Shown: in pieces, positions 50,613 to 61,046 of the stretch
How the letters are laid out: every line of letters begins with the position of its first letter
How positions within the stretch are numbered: position 1 is the first letter of the stretch
Program-made: the position numbers and the translations under genes
Assembly (NCBI GenBank): GCA_964447865.1
Contig: CAYUUL010000006.1
Coordinates: forward strand, 950-64,949
Length of the DNA: 64,000 bases
Reading direction: 5' to 3'
Origin: an uncultured Planctomycetaceae bacterium
GTDB taxonomy: Bacteria > Planctomycetota > Planctomycetia > Pirellulales > Thermoguttaceae
Notes under the pieces: model-generated
What the model was told of the DNA's origin: nothing
Databases searched by the model: none
What the model saw: only the letters and a program-made list of their open reading frames with translations

Positions 50613-51809
50613 ATGAGTTCTTTTGGCGAATATGTCAGCATGTTGGTGTTCAAATACGTTCACGAGAATAATCTCGTTTACAACACCTGTTGGGAGGATC
50701 CTCGACTTGATAAGCAAGCTCTTTCATTGGAACCGTCGGACAGCGTTTTCGCGATAACCTCGGCAGGTTGCAACGCGCTTTCTTACGCGATCGGCGGCGC
50801 TCGACGCGTCTATTGCGCCGACATGAATTTCCGACAAAACGCGACCTTGGAATTGAAACTTGCGGGAATTAAAGAACTTGATTACGAGACTTTCTTCCAA
50901 CTTTTTGGCAAGGGGCATTTGCCGGGCGTTCAAGGATTATATCAAGCTAAACTTCGACAACATATGTGTGAAGACTCCCAACGTTACTGGGACGAGTATA
51001 TCAAATATTTTTTTGACAATCCCTCTAGAACGTTTTACTTTTGCGGCACGTCGGGCTATCTTGCGAAATGGATCAATCGCTATGTGAATCTTTGCGGCAT
51101 GCGCGGGCAGGTCGATTCCCTTATTAATGCCAAGGATCTAGACGAGCAACGCGCGATTTGGCGGAAACTTCGTAAGAAATTCTGGTCGCCTCTTATGCGT
51201 TTTGTCGTCAATAGAGATACGACGATGTCTCTCATCGGCGTTCCCAAGGATCAACGCCGACAGATAGAGATAACCTACGGGCATATTGTCCCGTTCGTTC
51301 AGGAGTGTCTCGACGCAGTTTTCGAGCAACTTCCGATACAAGACAACTATTTCTGGCGAGTTTACGCGACGGGGCGCTACACCAAAGAGTGTTGTCCGGA
51401 ATACGTTTCGCGCGAAGGCTTTACCATATTAAAAGACGGCGCTGTCGACGCAATTTCGACATTTACCGGCACAGCGGAAGAGTTTTTGTCAAGCGATTCT
51501 TCCCGCAAGATCAACAAATTTGTTTTACTTGACCATATGGATTGGTTATCCAACAGGTATTTCGATTCACTCATAAGAGAGTGGAAAGCGATACTTAGTA
51601 GCGCGTCGCCTCACGCACGCGTAATCTGGCGCAGCGGCGGTTTAGACGCAACGAAATTTCTCAATGACATTCCAATCGAACTAAACGGTCAACAGAAGCG
51701 TTTAGGCGACGTCTTGGACTATCGTCAAGAGGAAGCTGCGGAACTCCACAAGCGCTGTCGCGTACATACTTACGGTAGTTTCTACATAGCGGACTTACTC
51801 AACTCGTAG
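50613..51809 (+). CDS. DUF3419 / BtaA-like SAM-dependent protein
   Basis: LVYNTCWEDPRLDKQAL..DSVFAITSAGCNALSY..VYCADMNFRQNATLELKLAGI matches the DUF3419 N-terminal pattern, the family of BtaA (S-adenosylmethionine:diacylglycerol 3-amino-3-carboxypropyl transferase). Confidence 0.6.
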   Translation: MSSFGEYVSMLVFKYVHENNLVYNTCWEDPRLDKQALSLEPSDSVFAITSAGCNALSYAIGGARRVYCADMNFRQNATLELKLAGIKELDYETFFQLFGKGHLPGVQGLYQAKLRQHMCEDSQRYWDEYIKYFFDNPSRTFYFCGTSGYLAKWINRYVNLCGMRGQVDSLINAKDLDEQRAIWRKLRKKFWSPLMRFVVNRDTTMSLIGVPKDQRRQIEITYGHIVPFVQECLDAVFEQLPIQDNYFWRVYATGRYTKECCPEYVSREGFTILKDGAVDAISTFTGTAEEFLSSDSSRKINKFVLLDHMDWLSNRYFDSLIREWKAILSSASPHARVIWRSGGLDATKFLNDIPIELNGQQKRLGDVLDYRQEEAAELHKRCRVHTYGSFYIADLLNS

Positions 51810-51970
51810 CGCGTCCGGACTGTTGGGACGCAAAGGATTTGAAAAGTCGTCGATATCGTTTTAACGAAACTCAAGCCTTTTGTTCCTTTACGTCAATAAA
51901 ACGAAATAAACACGCCACGCTCAAAGGACGCGTTTGTTCATTGAGCTTTTTAGGATTCCAAAACCGAAGC

Positions 51971-54900
51971 ATGATCTCGCTAATTCCCTGTTATAGTCTG
52001 GAAGATTTTTCCCTGTATCGCAAGTCGTCCGAGGTAGACGAGATATTCTCCGCATGGTCGGCTCTTTATCATCCGGCTCTTGTGTCGTACTTTGGCGAGG
52101 CGCCGCGCTGGGAAGCGGCCGGCAGTCCCTCGACCGGTAAGAAACGACGTCTTATAGTCGTTCCTCCTTGTACGGAATATCTTATCTCGCGGACATGGCT
52201 AAAATCAGCGGAAGCGGAAGGAGCCGTTGTCATTCGACATATCTCCGATCGAGACGAAATATTAAAAGAAGCGTTCAGGCGTCTTGGAATCTCGCCGATT
52301 CCTTGCGCCGAGGGCTACCCTACGTATCAGGAAAAAGCGCCCGGGGAAAAGTTGGAACAAGAAGACGCAGACGCGCAATCGTCCGCATCCAGCGAATCAA
52401 CATCCACGCCTTCTTCAGAACAGTCGACGTCGGTTCCCATAAATCTTCCCTACGACGACGCGACGGAATCTTTCCTCGCCGTTGGTCTTTGCGCGCTTAT
52501 GGAAGAGCTATTAACGCGCAAATTACGTTATATGAGCAACTTGGATCAGATCAGTTTTAATACGCGCATAGTGGACGCCGCTCGAGCGCACATGTCGCTA
52601 AACGTGGAAGAACGCGAAAAGAATCTCCAAAAGGCCTTCGATCTCCTCGCGACCGCTAAAGAATACTTTTTCCCAACGGCGACCAAATTCCTCGATTTAA
52701 CCTGGACGTACTCGGAAGATCTTGGCGAAGCGTTGCCAACCGAATTAAAAACCCGTCGTCAACGCGACGCCAAGACCAATCTTGTTCTTCCAGTTCCCGT
52801 TTTGAAAAAGTGCGAACAGGAATATCCGAAAACCTTCCAGCTTTTGAAGGAGGAGATTTCCGCTAAACGCGTTTCACTCGTTGGCGGCGATTTATGGGAG
52901 GGACCTCTCTACCTCATGAATCCGAAAGAGATCGGTCGTATGTTACTTGAAGGGCGCGCAGAGTACCTTCGCGCCTTTGGAACAGCGCCGACCGTTTTCG
53001 GGCGCATAGAACCCGGTTACGCGCAAATCCTTCCTCAGCTTCTTTTACAGGCGGGATATTGCGGAACGTTGGGTCGAACGGGCGACGGTTGGTCTTTACT
53101 TGCGAAACCGAGCGATCGTTCTCAGTTCCTCTGGACCGGGCGCGACGGTTCTTCAATCGCGACGTTCTGTAAACGTCCGTTAGACGCGACAAGCAGTGAA
53201 GAAATCTTGCAAATGCCAGAACGGATCGGTAATTCGTACTATTCCGACAACGCGAGCGCGATAGTTTTCGATCATCGCCCCAACGCGGAATCAAGATGGT
53301 TAAACGATTTGTTGCGTATGGATCGTTATTCTCCAGTGTTGGGCAAATTCTACGAAATTGAAGACTATTTCCGGGTAACGTCGGGTTCGGGCGATAAAGA
53401 GAAATTCGTTAAGGACAATTTCAAGACCAATTTTCTAACGCGTTCCTCGAAACGTTCGCGTCCCAACGTCGTGTCTAATTTGGTCGCGCGTCAGCGGCTT
53501 GGACAAATCTCGAGCGTATTGAACGGTTTGGAAACAACAATTCGGGAATCGACGCTCAAGACAAAACCAACGTCCTCGACAACAGGTTTATTCGACGCGT
53601 ACGCATCGAGTTCTCGCGCGTTAGCGGAGCGAGTAGAATCAACGTTGCAAGCCCTTGACGCGGAGCTTTTTCCAGTCGAGCAATTATCAGCCCCCCAGGA
53701 TGACAACAAGTTTACCGCTCCACTCGAACAATTCGAGGAAGAAAAGAACGCAGTATTGGCGAAGGCGTCGACGTATCTTAGGAGCGCGCTCGGTCCAACA
53801 AAGTCAGACGGTCAATTTCGAGATTCGCCTGGTTATCTTTTTATCAACGCGTCGTCGGTCCCAAAAGAACTCGTGTGGGAAACGCGTTCTTTGGACGAAA
53901 CCAAGACTAAACCGGATGTTTTTTCAGAGCTTTTTTCCCAAGCGCCCCAATTGAAAGCGCGAATATTTACTCGCGACTCCGACTCGCTTACGCAATATAA
54001 CGCGACGTTGCTTCCCGGTTCCTATTTCTGGTTGCCTCGTCTCAATGGTTATGAGTACCATTTCCTTGACCGTCCGTTATTTGACGACGGTCGTCTTCCT
54101 GAACGTCTTTTGTCGTCGGAACCGCAAATTTCCTCAGAAGAAAACGGCGCGTCTCAGGCAGAGACGAACTCGGGGAATAAGAAAAAGAAGAGTTTTTTCC
54201 AAAAGTTCGCGACCAAACTTCGCGGCGACGTTCCGAATCTAGCGCGACAAGACGGAGGAATGAACGCGGCGAACGAAAACGACGAGCGTTTAATGGCGGA
54301 ATACGTTGTAAAGAGGTATTCCGCGACGGAAATAGAAAAGTATTATCGCTTACACAACAATTATCTCGACATACGCATCGACCCGACGACGGGTGCGGTT
54401 CGCAGAGTAACGACCTTCGGAACGAACGCTCGCTTCCACAACGGCGTTTTGCATCAGCCAGGCATGGGCAATCGAGTCGCGTTTGATCTTGCTTTTAAAC
54501 TTTCCGCGTCGGAGTTGAGGGAAGACGCGCGGTCGACCACCGATTCGGGTTACGGATATTCGATTTCGGCGGCGGATTCAATAGAGATACTTTCGACAGG
54601 TCCCAGTATTGGGCGCATCCAGATTAAGGGTCGCCTGACGTCTCCCAACGGCGATCCTGCGGGCCGCTTTACGCAGATTCTAACGCTCAGGTTGAAGAGT
54701 AGAATAATTGAATCAGACGTAGAATTAGAACCTCTTTTGACGCCCAACGGCGGTCCCTGGGAAACGTATTTTTGCTGTCGTTTCGCTTGGAAAGACACTC
54801 TTGCGGAACTTCGCGGGGGAGTTGGCGGCACGCTTATCGGCACGGCGCGCGATTACCTGCAAGCGCCCGAATGCGTCGATATCCGTAGCGACGCTAATAT

Positions 54901-55423
54901 TGGCATAACGATACTTTCCGGCGGTCTTCCCTACTTCCGCAAAGTATCGGATTCTCGTCTTGACTGTATTCTTATACCGTCTGGGGAGACGAAACGTAAT
55001 TTCCGATTTGCCGTCGGAGTCGATCTTGCCGATCCCCATCTTTCGTCGCTTTCCTATTTGTCGCCGGATCCAGTTCGACTTGAAGAGGTTCCCTGCCCTA
55101 AACGCGTTTCGGGTTCATTTTTGTCTTGCGACGCCAAGAACATTCAGATAATAGAACAAGCGCCAATTCTTTCGGATGAAGAGTCGAAAACGGGGCCTCT
55201 TCTGAGGGGCGTAAAACTGACGATACTCGAGACGCATAGCGCGACGACAGAGGCAACGATACATTCTTATCTTCCTATAGATCGGGTAGAGTTTGTCGAT
55301 CTTCTCGGACGTGAAAAAAAAGAGACGGTCGAATCGCCCAACGCCAATTCGATCGTCGTAAAAATCGCGCCGCGGGGATTTAAGACGTTAAACATCTATT
55401 TCCGCAGCTCTTCGTTGAAGTAA
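51971..55423 (+). CDS. large GH38-like (alpha-mannosidase fold) protein with apparently substituted catalytic residues
   Basis: EQEYPKTFQLLKEEISAKRVSLVGGDLWEGP..EIGRMLLEGRAEYLRAFG..GYAQILPQLLLQAGY and QFLWTGRDGSSIATF follow the GH38 N-domain pattern. Start taken at the ATG at 51971, although the ORF is open from a TTG at 51839. Confidence 0.5.
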   Translation: MISLIPCYSLEDFSLYRKSSEVDEIFSAWSALYHPALVSYFGEAPRWEAAGSPSTGKKRRLIVVPPCTEYLISRTWLKSAEAEGAVVIRHISDRDEILKEAFRRLGISPIPCAEGYPTYQEKAPGEKLEQEDADAQSSASSESTSTPSSEQSTSVPINLPYDDATESFLAVGLCALMEELLTRKLRYMSNLDQISFNTRIVDAARAHMSLNVEEREKNLQKAFDLLATAKEYFFPTATKFLDLTWTYSEDLGEALPTELKTRRQRDAKTNLVLPVPVLKKCEQEYPKTFQLLKEEISAKRVSLVGGDLWEGPLYLMNPKEIGRMLLEGRAEYLRAFGTAPTVFGRIEPGYAQILPQLLLQAGYCGTLGRTGDGWSLLAKPSDRSQFLWTGRDGSSIATFCKRPLDATSSEEILQMPERIGNSYYSDNASAIVFDHRPNAESRWLNDLLRMDRYSPVLGKFYEIEDYFRVTSGSGDKEKFVKDNFKTNFLTRSSKRSRPNVVSNLVARQRLGQISSVLNGLETTIRESTLKTKPTSSTTGLFDAYASSSRALAERVESTLQALDAELFPVEQLSAPQDDNKFTAPLEQFEEEKNAVLAKASTYLRSALGPTKSDGQFRDSPGYLFINASSVPKELVWETRSLDETKTKPDVFSELFSQAPQLKARIFTRDSDSLTQYNATLLPGSYFWLPRLNGYEYHFLDRPLFDDGRLPERLLSSEPQISSEENGASQAETNSGNKKKKSFFQKFATKLRGDVPNLARQDGGMNAANENDERLMAEYVVKRYSATEIEKYYRLHNNYLDIRIDPTTGAVRRVTTFGTNARFHNGVLHQPGMGNRVAFDLAFKLSASELREDARSTTDSGYGYSISAADSIEILSTGPSIGRIQIKGRLTSPNGDPAGRFTQILTLRLKSRIIESDVELEPLLTPNGGPWETYFCCRFAWKDTLAELRGGVGGTLIGTARDYLQAPECVDIRSDANIGITILSGGLPYFRKVSDSRLDCILIPSGETKRNFRFAVGVDLADPHLSSLSYLSPDPVRLEEVPCPKRVSGSFLSCDAKNIQIIEQAPILSDEESKTGPLLRGVKLTILETHSATTEATIHSYLPIDRVEFVDLLGREKKETVESPNANSIVVKIAPRGFKTLNIYFRSSSLK

Positions 55424-55427
55424 CAAT

Positions 55428-57368
55428 TCACAGGACGCCAACCGCGTAACGCAGCCGTTGCGCGGCGAGAATCGCGTCGTATCGAGCGTTTTCATAGTTG
55501 CTTTTCGCGGCGGTTCTCATAGTTGCTGCGTCGAGCGTTTCCGTGTGATTTAAGGTTCCTTCCTGGAAACCTCTCGTAACGACGCGCAAGTTTTCGTCCG
55601 CTTGTTCGACCGCGGCGCTTGCGACGGCGACTCGTTCGCGCGCTTCTTTTTCGGCGAGCCACGCCTGGCGCACTTGGAGACGTATAGCCGATTCCGCTTC
55701 ATCACGGACGCGCGCCATTGCCAACGCGTTCTGTCTCGCGGCGTTTTGTCGGGCGCGGCTTGTTCCCCCGTCGATCGGAGTCCACGTCATCCCGACGGCG
55801 GCAGTCGCGTTGGAATTTTCATTGAGTCTACTATTTTCGAAATATGAATACGCTCCGACCAAGGCGACTTGCGGCAAGACGTCGGCGCGCGCGACTTTCT
55901 CTTGTTCTTGTAGAGCGCGCGATTCCGCGGCCAAGACTTGTAATTCCCCGCGTTTCCTGATCGCTTCCGCGGTCAGATTTTCCAAGTCTCCCACAGGAGC
56001 TTGCAGGTCGACGTCGGCGATCGCCACAGGAGCGTCAAGCGGTCTCCACAAGAGCCGATTATACGCGGCTTCCGCCAATTCTTGCGCGTTTGCGACTTTG
56101 AGTTCGACTTGTCTCGCTTCCGAGGCTGCGACTTGCGCCGCTAAAAGCACGTTTTTCGTAACAAGTCCGACTTTCAACATACGTTCGGCGTCGGCGTAGT
56201 GACTGTCGGCAGTTTGAACGGCTTCAGTAGCGACGGCGCGAAGTTGTCTTGTTCTCAAGACGAGGAAATATGCCTCAACGACTTGAAATTTAACCGTTTG
56301 TTCTCCGACTTCTTCGCCCGCCTGAGTCGCGTTAGCCATAGCCTCGGCGGCGCGCGTCAAGGCGGCGACGCGTCCGCCAAGATATACGGGCAGAGTCACT
56401 GCGGTAACGGTAGTAACAAAATTTTTATCGCACAAAGGAGTCTCAACTTGTAATTGAGTTGGAAATTGCGACAAGATTGGGGCCAGACTGGGCATAGCGG
56501 TCGCGATTCCAGAAGCTACGCTTGAGAGATCGACGTCGGAATATGTCGCAGGCTGGTTCAGCATTCCGATATATGAAGTGGTATTTGTAATCTTCGGATT
56601 TTTAAGCGAACGGGCGGCTTGTACATTCGCTCTTGACGCGCCATTTTTTAGCGCTAACGCGCGTTGAGTACGGCTTTCCGCGAGCGCGACGCGCATTGCT
56701 TCTTCTAAAGTTTCGAGCCGCCCCGACGTCGCGTTGTTCGCGGGGGCAGATTGAGCTACGTTTTGCGTAGTCGCGGCCTGTTGGGCATACCGAGCACCGA
56801 CAGGCGCGTATTCAGGCAGAACGCTTGTCGAGATTTGCGGGGCTGGATACTGAACGGCGTTTCTGGCGTCTTTTGGAATAAAAATCGGCGCGTTATATTT
56901 TTTTTGCGGTTCGCGATTATTTCCCTGTATGCGAACGACGGGGGGCGACGCGACGTAAGTATTTTGAGACGACGCAACCGCGGGAACAACAGGTTCGGGA
57001 ACGTTTTTTGGCGTCGCCGCGGCGACGTTTCTCACATTCGCGTTTCTTTGCGCGGTTGACGCTACGGACCGAAACTGAGCCGGAACCGTAGAGAGCGCTT
57101 GGCCCTTACGAGCGACGTCGGCGGCGACCTGCGCGTTTTCCGTTGGATAACCTGGATACGCGACAGTCGAGACATGCGCGTAAGAGTTCGCGGAAAAACT
57201 ACTTGGAGTCGAATAATCAGTCGTCAAAGCCCAAGTATTGTCGGCGTTCATCCCCGCCGCGGCTAATGTCGCGAGCCACAACGCGCCGCGGACGCAGGCG
57301 AGCCGACGCCGAGATTCTTTCGAACGCGAACGCGCCCGACTATTTTTTTTAACATTATTCGATTTCAT
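55428..57368 (-). CDS. TolC-family outer-membrane channel with ~230-aa A/P/Q/V-rich N-terminal extension
   Basis: Signal peptide. The C-terminal ~400 aa show the two-repeat OEP pattern (LEEAMRVALAESRTQ.., YENARYDAILAAQRLRYAVG). Confidence 0.7.
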   Translation of the reverse strand: MKSNNVKKNSRARSRSKESRRRLACVRGALWLATLAAAGMNADNTWALTTDYSTPSSFSANSYAHVSTVAYPGYPTENAQVAADVARKGQALSTVPAQFRSVASTAQRNANVRNVAAATPKNVPEPVVPAVASSQNTYVASPPVVRIQGNNREPQKKYNAPIFIPKDARNAVQYPAPQISTSVLPEYAPVGARYAQQAATTQNVAQSAPANNATSGRLETLEEAMRVALAESRTQRALALKNGASRANVQAARSLKNPKITNTTSYIGMLNQPATYSDVDLSSVASGIATAMPSLAPILSQFPTQLQVETPLCDKNFVTTVTAVTLPVYLGGRVAALTRAAEAMANATQAGEEVGEQTVKFQVVEAYFLVLRTRQLRAVATEAVQTADSHYADAERMLKVGLVTKNVLLAAQVAASEARQVELKVANAQELAEAAYNRLLWRPLDAPVAIADVDLQAPVGDLENLTAEAIRKRGELQVLAAESRALQEQEKVARADVLPQVALVGAYSYFENSRLNENSNATAAVGMTWTPIDGGTSRARQNAARQNALAMARVRDEAESAIRLQVRQAWLAEKEARERVAVASAAVEQADENLRVVTRGFQEGTLNHTETLDAATMRTAAKSNYENARYDAILAAQRLRYAVGVL

Positions 57369-57605
57369 AGCGTTCTTATCAATCGTAGAGACTCCGCCGT
57401 CTCCACCCTTTCATAGGAAGCAATTTCAATAACAGCCTACGCGAGATACCGCAGGCCAACGCTTTCCCTACAATCGGCACAGACCAACCAACAGCTTCAC
57501 CAATTCTGTTAAAAAAGAGAATCTTTTACAATTATCATTATTGTAACATTTATTTATCAATGAACGATCAGAATCGCCACGCGTATATACGCAAGACTTC
57601 CCGCA

Positions 57606-57637
57606 ATAAAAAAGCGGCGCAACCAATGTCCGCCGCT
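57606..57637 (-). terminator. intrinsic terminator after the CxxCH/propeller gene
   Basis: The minus strand reads agcggcg-gacattggttg-cgccgct followed by tttttta. Confidence 0.7.
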
Positions 57638-57675
57638 AAGAGATCATCACAATTAAAACGTAGAAGAAAACGGTA

Positions 57676-59238
57676 TCAATTAACCAGGATAGCTTTTTCG
57701 GGATTAGAAACAGCCGCCTCCTTCAAGATAGCTCTCTTAGGCACTTTTACCGGTTCGAGAGTAAACTCAGGGACATTATAGGAAAACATATCTATTATCG
57801 TTTGACCGGGATCTTTTTGCGGGAGCATAAAAGGTTTGGAGAACTTTCCATTCCCGTCGTAATGCGAGAAATATAGCCGCGTGAAGGTACCGTCGTCTCG
57901 TCGGGAGGCAAAGACGATCCATTTCCCGGTCGAGGTCCACGAATGGTAACTATCCGATTCGCCTGGGCAATTGATCTCGTCAAGGGGGCGCGCTTCTCCG
58001 GTCGTCAAATCGACGATCCAAATATCGGCGTCGAGGTACCAAATCGGAAAGCACCCGAATCGCGTCATAGTCACGAGCAAAGTTTTACCGTCAGGCGAGA
58101 CGCGCGGGAACAACGCGCTTTTGTCTAACGCGGAAGCCTCGAACACCATTTCAGGCTTGCCGAATCTTCCGGTCGTTTCGTCGTAGGTCACCTTCTTGAC
58201 GTCGTACTTAAATCCTTCTCTCAATTGTAAAATTTCCGAGCGTCGGTTGGGATCGGTTCTCTTAGTTTTTGTCCCGGGATTCTTTGAGGAGCAATAATAG
58301 AGAGTTTTTCCGTCGCTCGACCAATGCGGGTAAGTATCGAAAGAGTCGTCGCTTGGGGGCAATACCGGGCGAACTTTATTTTGCGCGACGTCGTAGAGGT
58401 AAAGATCCGAGTAGGCGTCGAGCACGTCGAGTCGGTCAAGAGATTTCGTACGAAAGACTTGCATCGTTTCACATGAAGCGAAGGCGACATGAAGCGAATT
58501 TGGGCGCCACGCAGGATAACTGCAACCGGCAATCATGCCGTCCGCCTTTAGGTCGCGCTTAACAATGTTTCCATCAACACAAAAAACAGTACCCGGCTCG
58601 GTAATACGCATATGAAACATGAAGGCGTTCGAGCCGTAGTTCTGAAAGGAGTGGCAATTGACGCACGTTCGTTCGTTGACTAACCTTGCGCGGAAAAAAT
58701 CGCGTTCTTTGAAAGATTCGAGGTCTCGGTTCCAAAGCGCAAGGTCAGAGAAATATTCATATCCGGGGAAGATTTTACGATACGAGATCCACGGGTCGAT
58801 TTTGTCGGCGGAGACGTTCATGGTCCAGTCGTCAAACCTGGTCCACTTCCCATCCTTCTTTACGTAGACGGTGAAAACGAGCGCTTTATCGAGATTCTCC
58901 TGGAGCGTTTTTTTCCAGAATTTTTTTGGGAACCTGACCTGCCATCCGGAATAGGTCGCGAGTCTTTTCCCTTCGCAGGAAAGAACAGTCAAAGCGTCGT
59001 CAATATCCTCCTCAGTCACATCGAAATTCATAGGCGCGATATTGGGAGGAACAGTCACGTTTCGATAGTCGGGATAGATTTCAGGGATTCGCCCCGCGTC
59101 GACAAAATCCCTGGGAGCGTCTTTTTGCGCGCAACCAACTGACGCCAGTATGAGAACCAACGCTAAAAAGCACGAGGAAAACCACGTATTTTTACGAGCG
59201 CCATACTCTACGCAACCACAACTCCCGTTATTTAGCAT
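57676..59238 (-). CDS. lipoprotein-like protein with a CxxCH motif and a TolB/PD40-type beta-propeller
   Basis: LILASVGC lipobox-like signal. CVNCH at residues 192-196 (nt 58651-58665). PD40-like repeats HWSSDGKTLYY, VSPDGKTLLV and WTSTGKWIVFASRRDDG. Confidence 0.65.
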   Translation of the reverse strand: MLNNGSCGCVEYGARKNTWFSSCFLALVLILASVGCAQKDAPRDFVDAGRIPEIYPDYRNVTVPPNIAPMNFDVTEEDIDDALTVLSCEGKRLATYSGWQVRFPKKFWKKTLQENLDKALVFTVYVKKDGKWTRFDDWTMNVSADKIDPWISYRKIFPGYEYFSDLALWNRDLESFKERDFFRARLVNERTCVNCHSFQNYGSNAFMFHMRITEPGTVFCVDGNIVKRDLKADGMIAGCSYPAWRPNSLHVAFASCETMQVFRTKSLDRLDVLDAYSDLYLYDVAQNKVRPVLPPSDDSFDTYPHWSSDGKTLYYCSSKNPGTKTKRTDPNRRSEILQLREGFKYDVKKVTYDETTGRFGKPEMVFEASALDKSALFPRVSPDGKTLLVTMTRFGCFPIWYLDADIWIVDLTTGEARPLDEINCPGESDSYHSWTSTGKWIVFASRRDDGTFTRLYFSHYDGNGKFSKPFMLPQKDPGQTIIDMFSYNVPEFTLEPVKVPKRAILKEAAVSNPEKAILVN

Positions 59239-59360
59239 CGCGCGTCTCCTCCCGGATTAAAAGCTAAAAATGTTGAAATACAGTACACAATTATAGAAAA
59301 AGGCTCGCCAACGTCAACGACTATCGTCCCAGGCGTCGAACGCTAAGAAATTCGGCAATC

Positions 59361-59403
59361 AAGAAAAAGCAAGCGGTCGACCCGTCGCAGGACGAGCCGA
59401 CCG
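59361..59403 (-). terminator. intrinsic terminator after porin paralogue 1
   Basis: The minus strand reads cggtcggctcgtc-ctgc-gacgggtcgaccg (13 bp, 2 G-U pairs), followed by cttgctttttctt. Confidence 0.65.
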
Positions 59404-59426
59404 TTAGGAAGAGAAACGAGAGAGAA

Positions 59427-61046
59427 TTAGAATTTAAAGCGCAACTGAGCGACGAACGTGTCAAATTCGAGGTTCTTATGGTCGACGGACTCACCACCGG
59501 CGGCAGTCGCAACCTTCTTATTCGAACAAGCGAACGAGTGTTCCCAATCGAATGCCCAGACGGTCTGATCGTTCCAGAACCAGTTCAAGCCGGCGACAAA
59601 AGCGTGGGATGAACCGTACCTGGCTCCCTTAATTTTTTTCAGGTTGTTCGCTTCAGTCCATTCCCATTTTGTAACGGCTTCCAAAGCGCCCCAATGCTGT
59701 CCAAAAGTACGTTCTTTGAAGTTAAGCAGAACCGTATCTTCAGGCATGTAGACGGAAGTAAACCTCGCGTCGTCGGCGGTGAATTTTCTCGAGACTCCGG
59801 GGGTCAGGAAGTAACGTCCGACCACGGTCGTACCATAGGCGTTTCCTCCGCCTTTCGCGACATGACAAACGTATCCTTCGCCGGTCACGGCAAATTCGCC
59901 CTTTTGGTATTCGGCTTCCACGTTTGTGACGGAGTAATAACGACCGTCGAGCGGAATACTTCCGTCGAAGAAGTAAGGATTGGAGCTAATCCACATCAAA
60001 CCTCTGTTGCGGAGTCGGAGCTTATTGTCGTCGCCCGGCAGGAAGCAGAAATAACTACCGCCGAATTGGAAGATCTCGCGAGCGAATCCGGTATCGTCGA
60101 TTTCCATAATCGGCGTTCTCGTGATACGCGTGCTCAGGACGAGTCCCGGGTCGTCGTCGAAGATATAGTTCGGCGTGGACGCGATCGAAGGACCGACATA
60201 GGCGCCGAAGATAGCGCGCGCCTTTTTATCTTCAGTAAGGTAGGCGGCGGAGATACCGAGTCGACGATTGAGTCGGAACATCCCACAGTCTTCGTCAAGA
60301 GTCGCGAAAACGCGGTCGTTCGTAACGGTACAACTTTCCATACCGGACTCGACGAAGTGTTGCCCAACGGTCAGGTTCCCGAAATAATCGGTTTTTTTGA
60401 ACCGCATATAGGCGTTGTAGATGGAGAAGGAATTATTGAGACCGAAACTCACGCTATACGCCATGTTCCCGTGTCCTGTTCCGCTCAGGAAGATCATGAG
60501 GTTTCTTGCGTTGACGTTATTTGTCGTTTCGCCTAAGAAGTCGCGCGAGGCGTCGTCTTGGGAAATCGCGGTTCCGTCAAGATTGAGCAACCCGCTAATC
60601 TTCATTTTGAAGGGGTCGTTGAGTGAAGTCGGCTTGTTGTTCTTTTTCTTTTCGGCTTCGAAATCCTCGCGCAGTTTATCGTTCGACTTCTGTAGTTCGT
60701 CGAGTTTTTTCTGCATTTCCGCCAGTTCGGGAATAGCTCCGGTAAAATGTCCTCCGTTCGCGGCAGTATCTTCAGCCTGGGCTTGTCTCCCTGCGTCGAG
60801 TGCCGGAACCCATACGGAGTCGTTGTATCCAGAGGCGGTCTCCGCTTCTCCGTACTCGTATTCGTCCGCGTATTCTTCCTCGTCCGTATACCCATAACTA
60901 CTTCCTTGCGGAGACGGAGCCTGTTCGTACGCATTTCCGTAAATTACGTCGGCGCCCTTAGCTCGATTCGAGCCGGCGGCGGGAAAGATGCAAGCGCCCG
61001 CGACCAGCGCGCCAACACAAGTAGTTACCTTAAATCGCCAATTCAT
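59427..61046 (-). CDS. outer-membrane beta-barrel porin (OprO/P-like, tentative), paralogue 1
   Basis: Signal peptide, acidic Tyr-rich segment, coiled coil MQKKLDELQKSNDKLREDFEAEKKK, alternating beta-strand pattern, and C-terminal ..AQLRFKF. Confidence 0.7.
   Translation of the reverse strand: MNWRFKVTTCVGALVAGACIFPAAGSNRAKGADVIYGNAYEQAPSPQGSSYGYTDEEEYADEYEYGEAETASGYNDSVWVPALDAGRQAQAEDTAANGGHFTGAIPELAEMQKKLDELQKSNDKLREDFEAEKKKNNKPTSLNDPFKMKISGLLNLDGTAISQDDASRDFLGETTNNVNARNLMIFLSGTGHGNMAYSVSFGLNNSFSIYNAYMRFKKTDYFGNLTVGQHFVESGMESCTVTNDRVFATLDEDCGMFRLNRRLGISAAYLTEDKKARAIFGAYVGPSIASTPNYIFDDDPGLVLSTRITRTPIMEIDDTGFAREIFQFGGSYFCFLPGDDNKLRLRNRGLMWISSNPYFFDGSIPLDGRYYSVTNVEAEYQKGEFAVTGEGYVCHVAKGGGNAYGTTVVGRYFLTPGVSRKFTADDARFTSVYMPEDTVLLNFKERTFGQHWGALEAVTKWEWTEANNLKKIKGARYGSSHAFVAGLNWFWNDQTVWAFDWEHSFACSNKKVATAAGGESVDHKNLEFDTFVAQLRFKF

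Noticed and set aside
55423-55428. Convergent GH38-like and TolC genes whose stop codons are only 4 nt apart, with no terminator between them.
   Set aside because: Tight convergent spacing happens by chance in compact genomes. I saw no hairpin or antisense feature that would make it functional.
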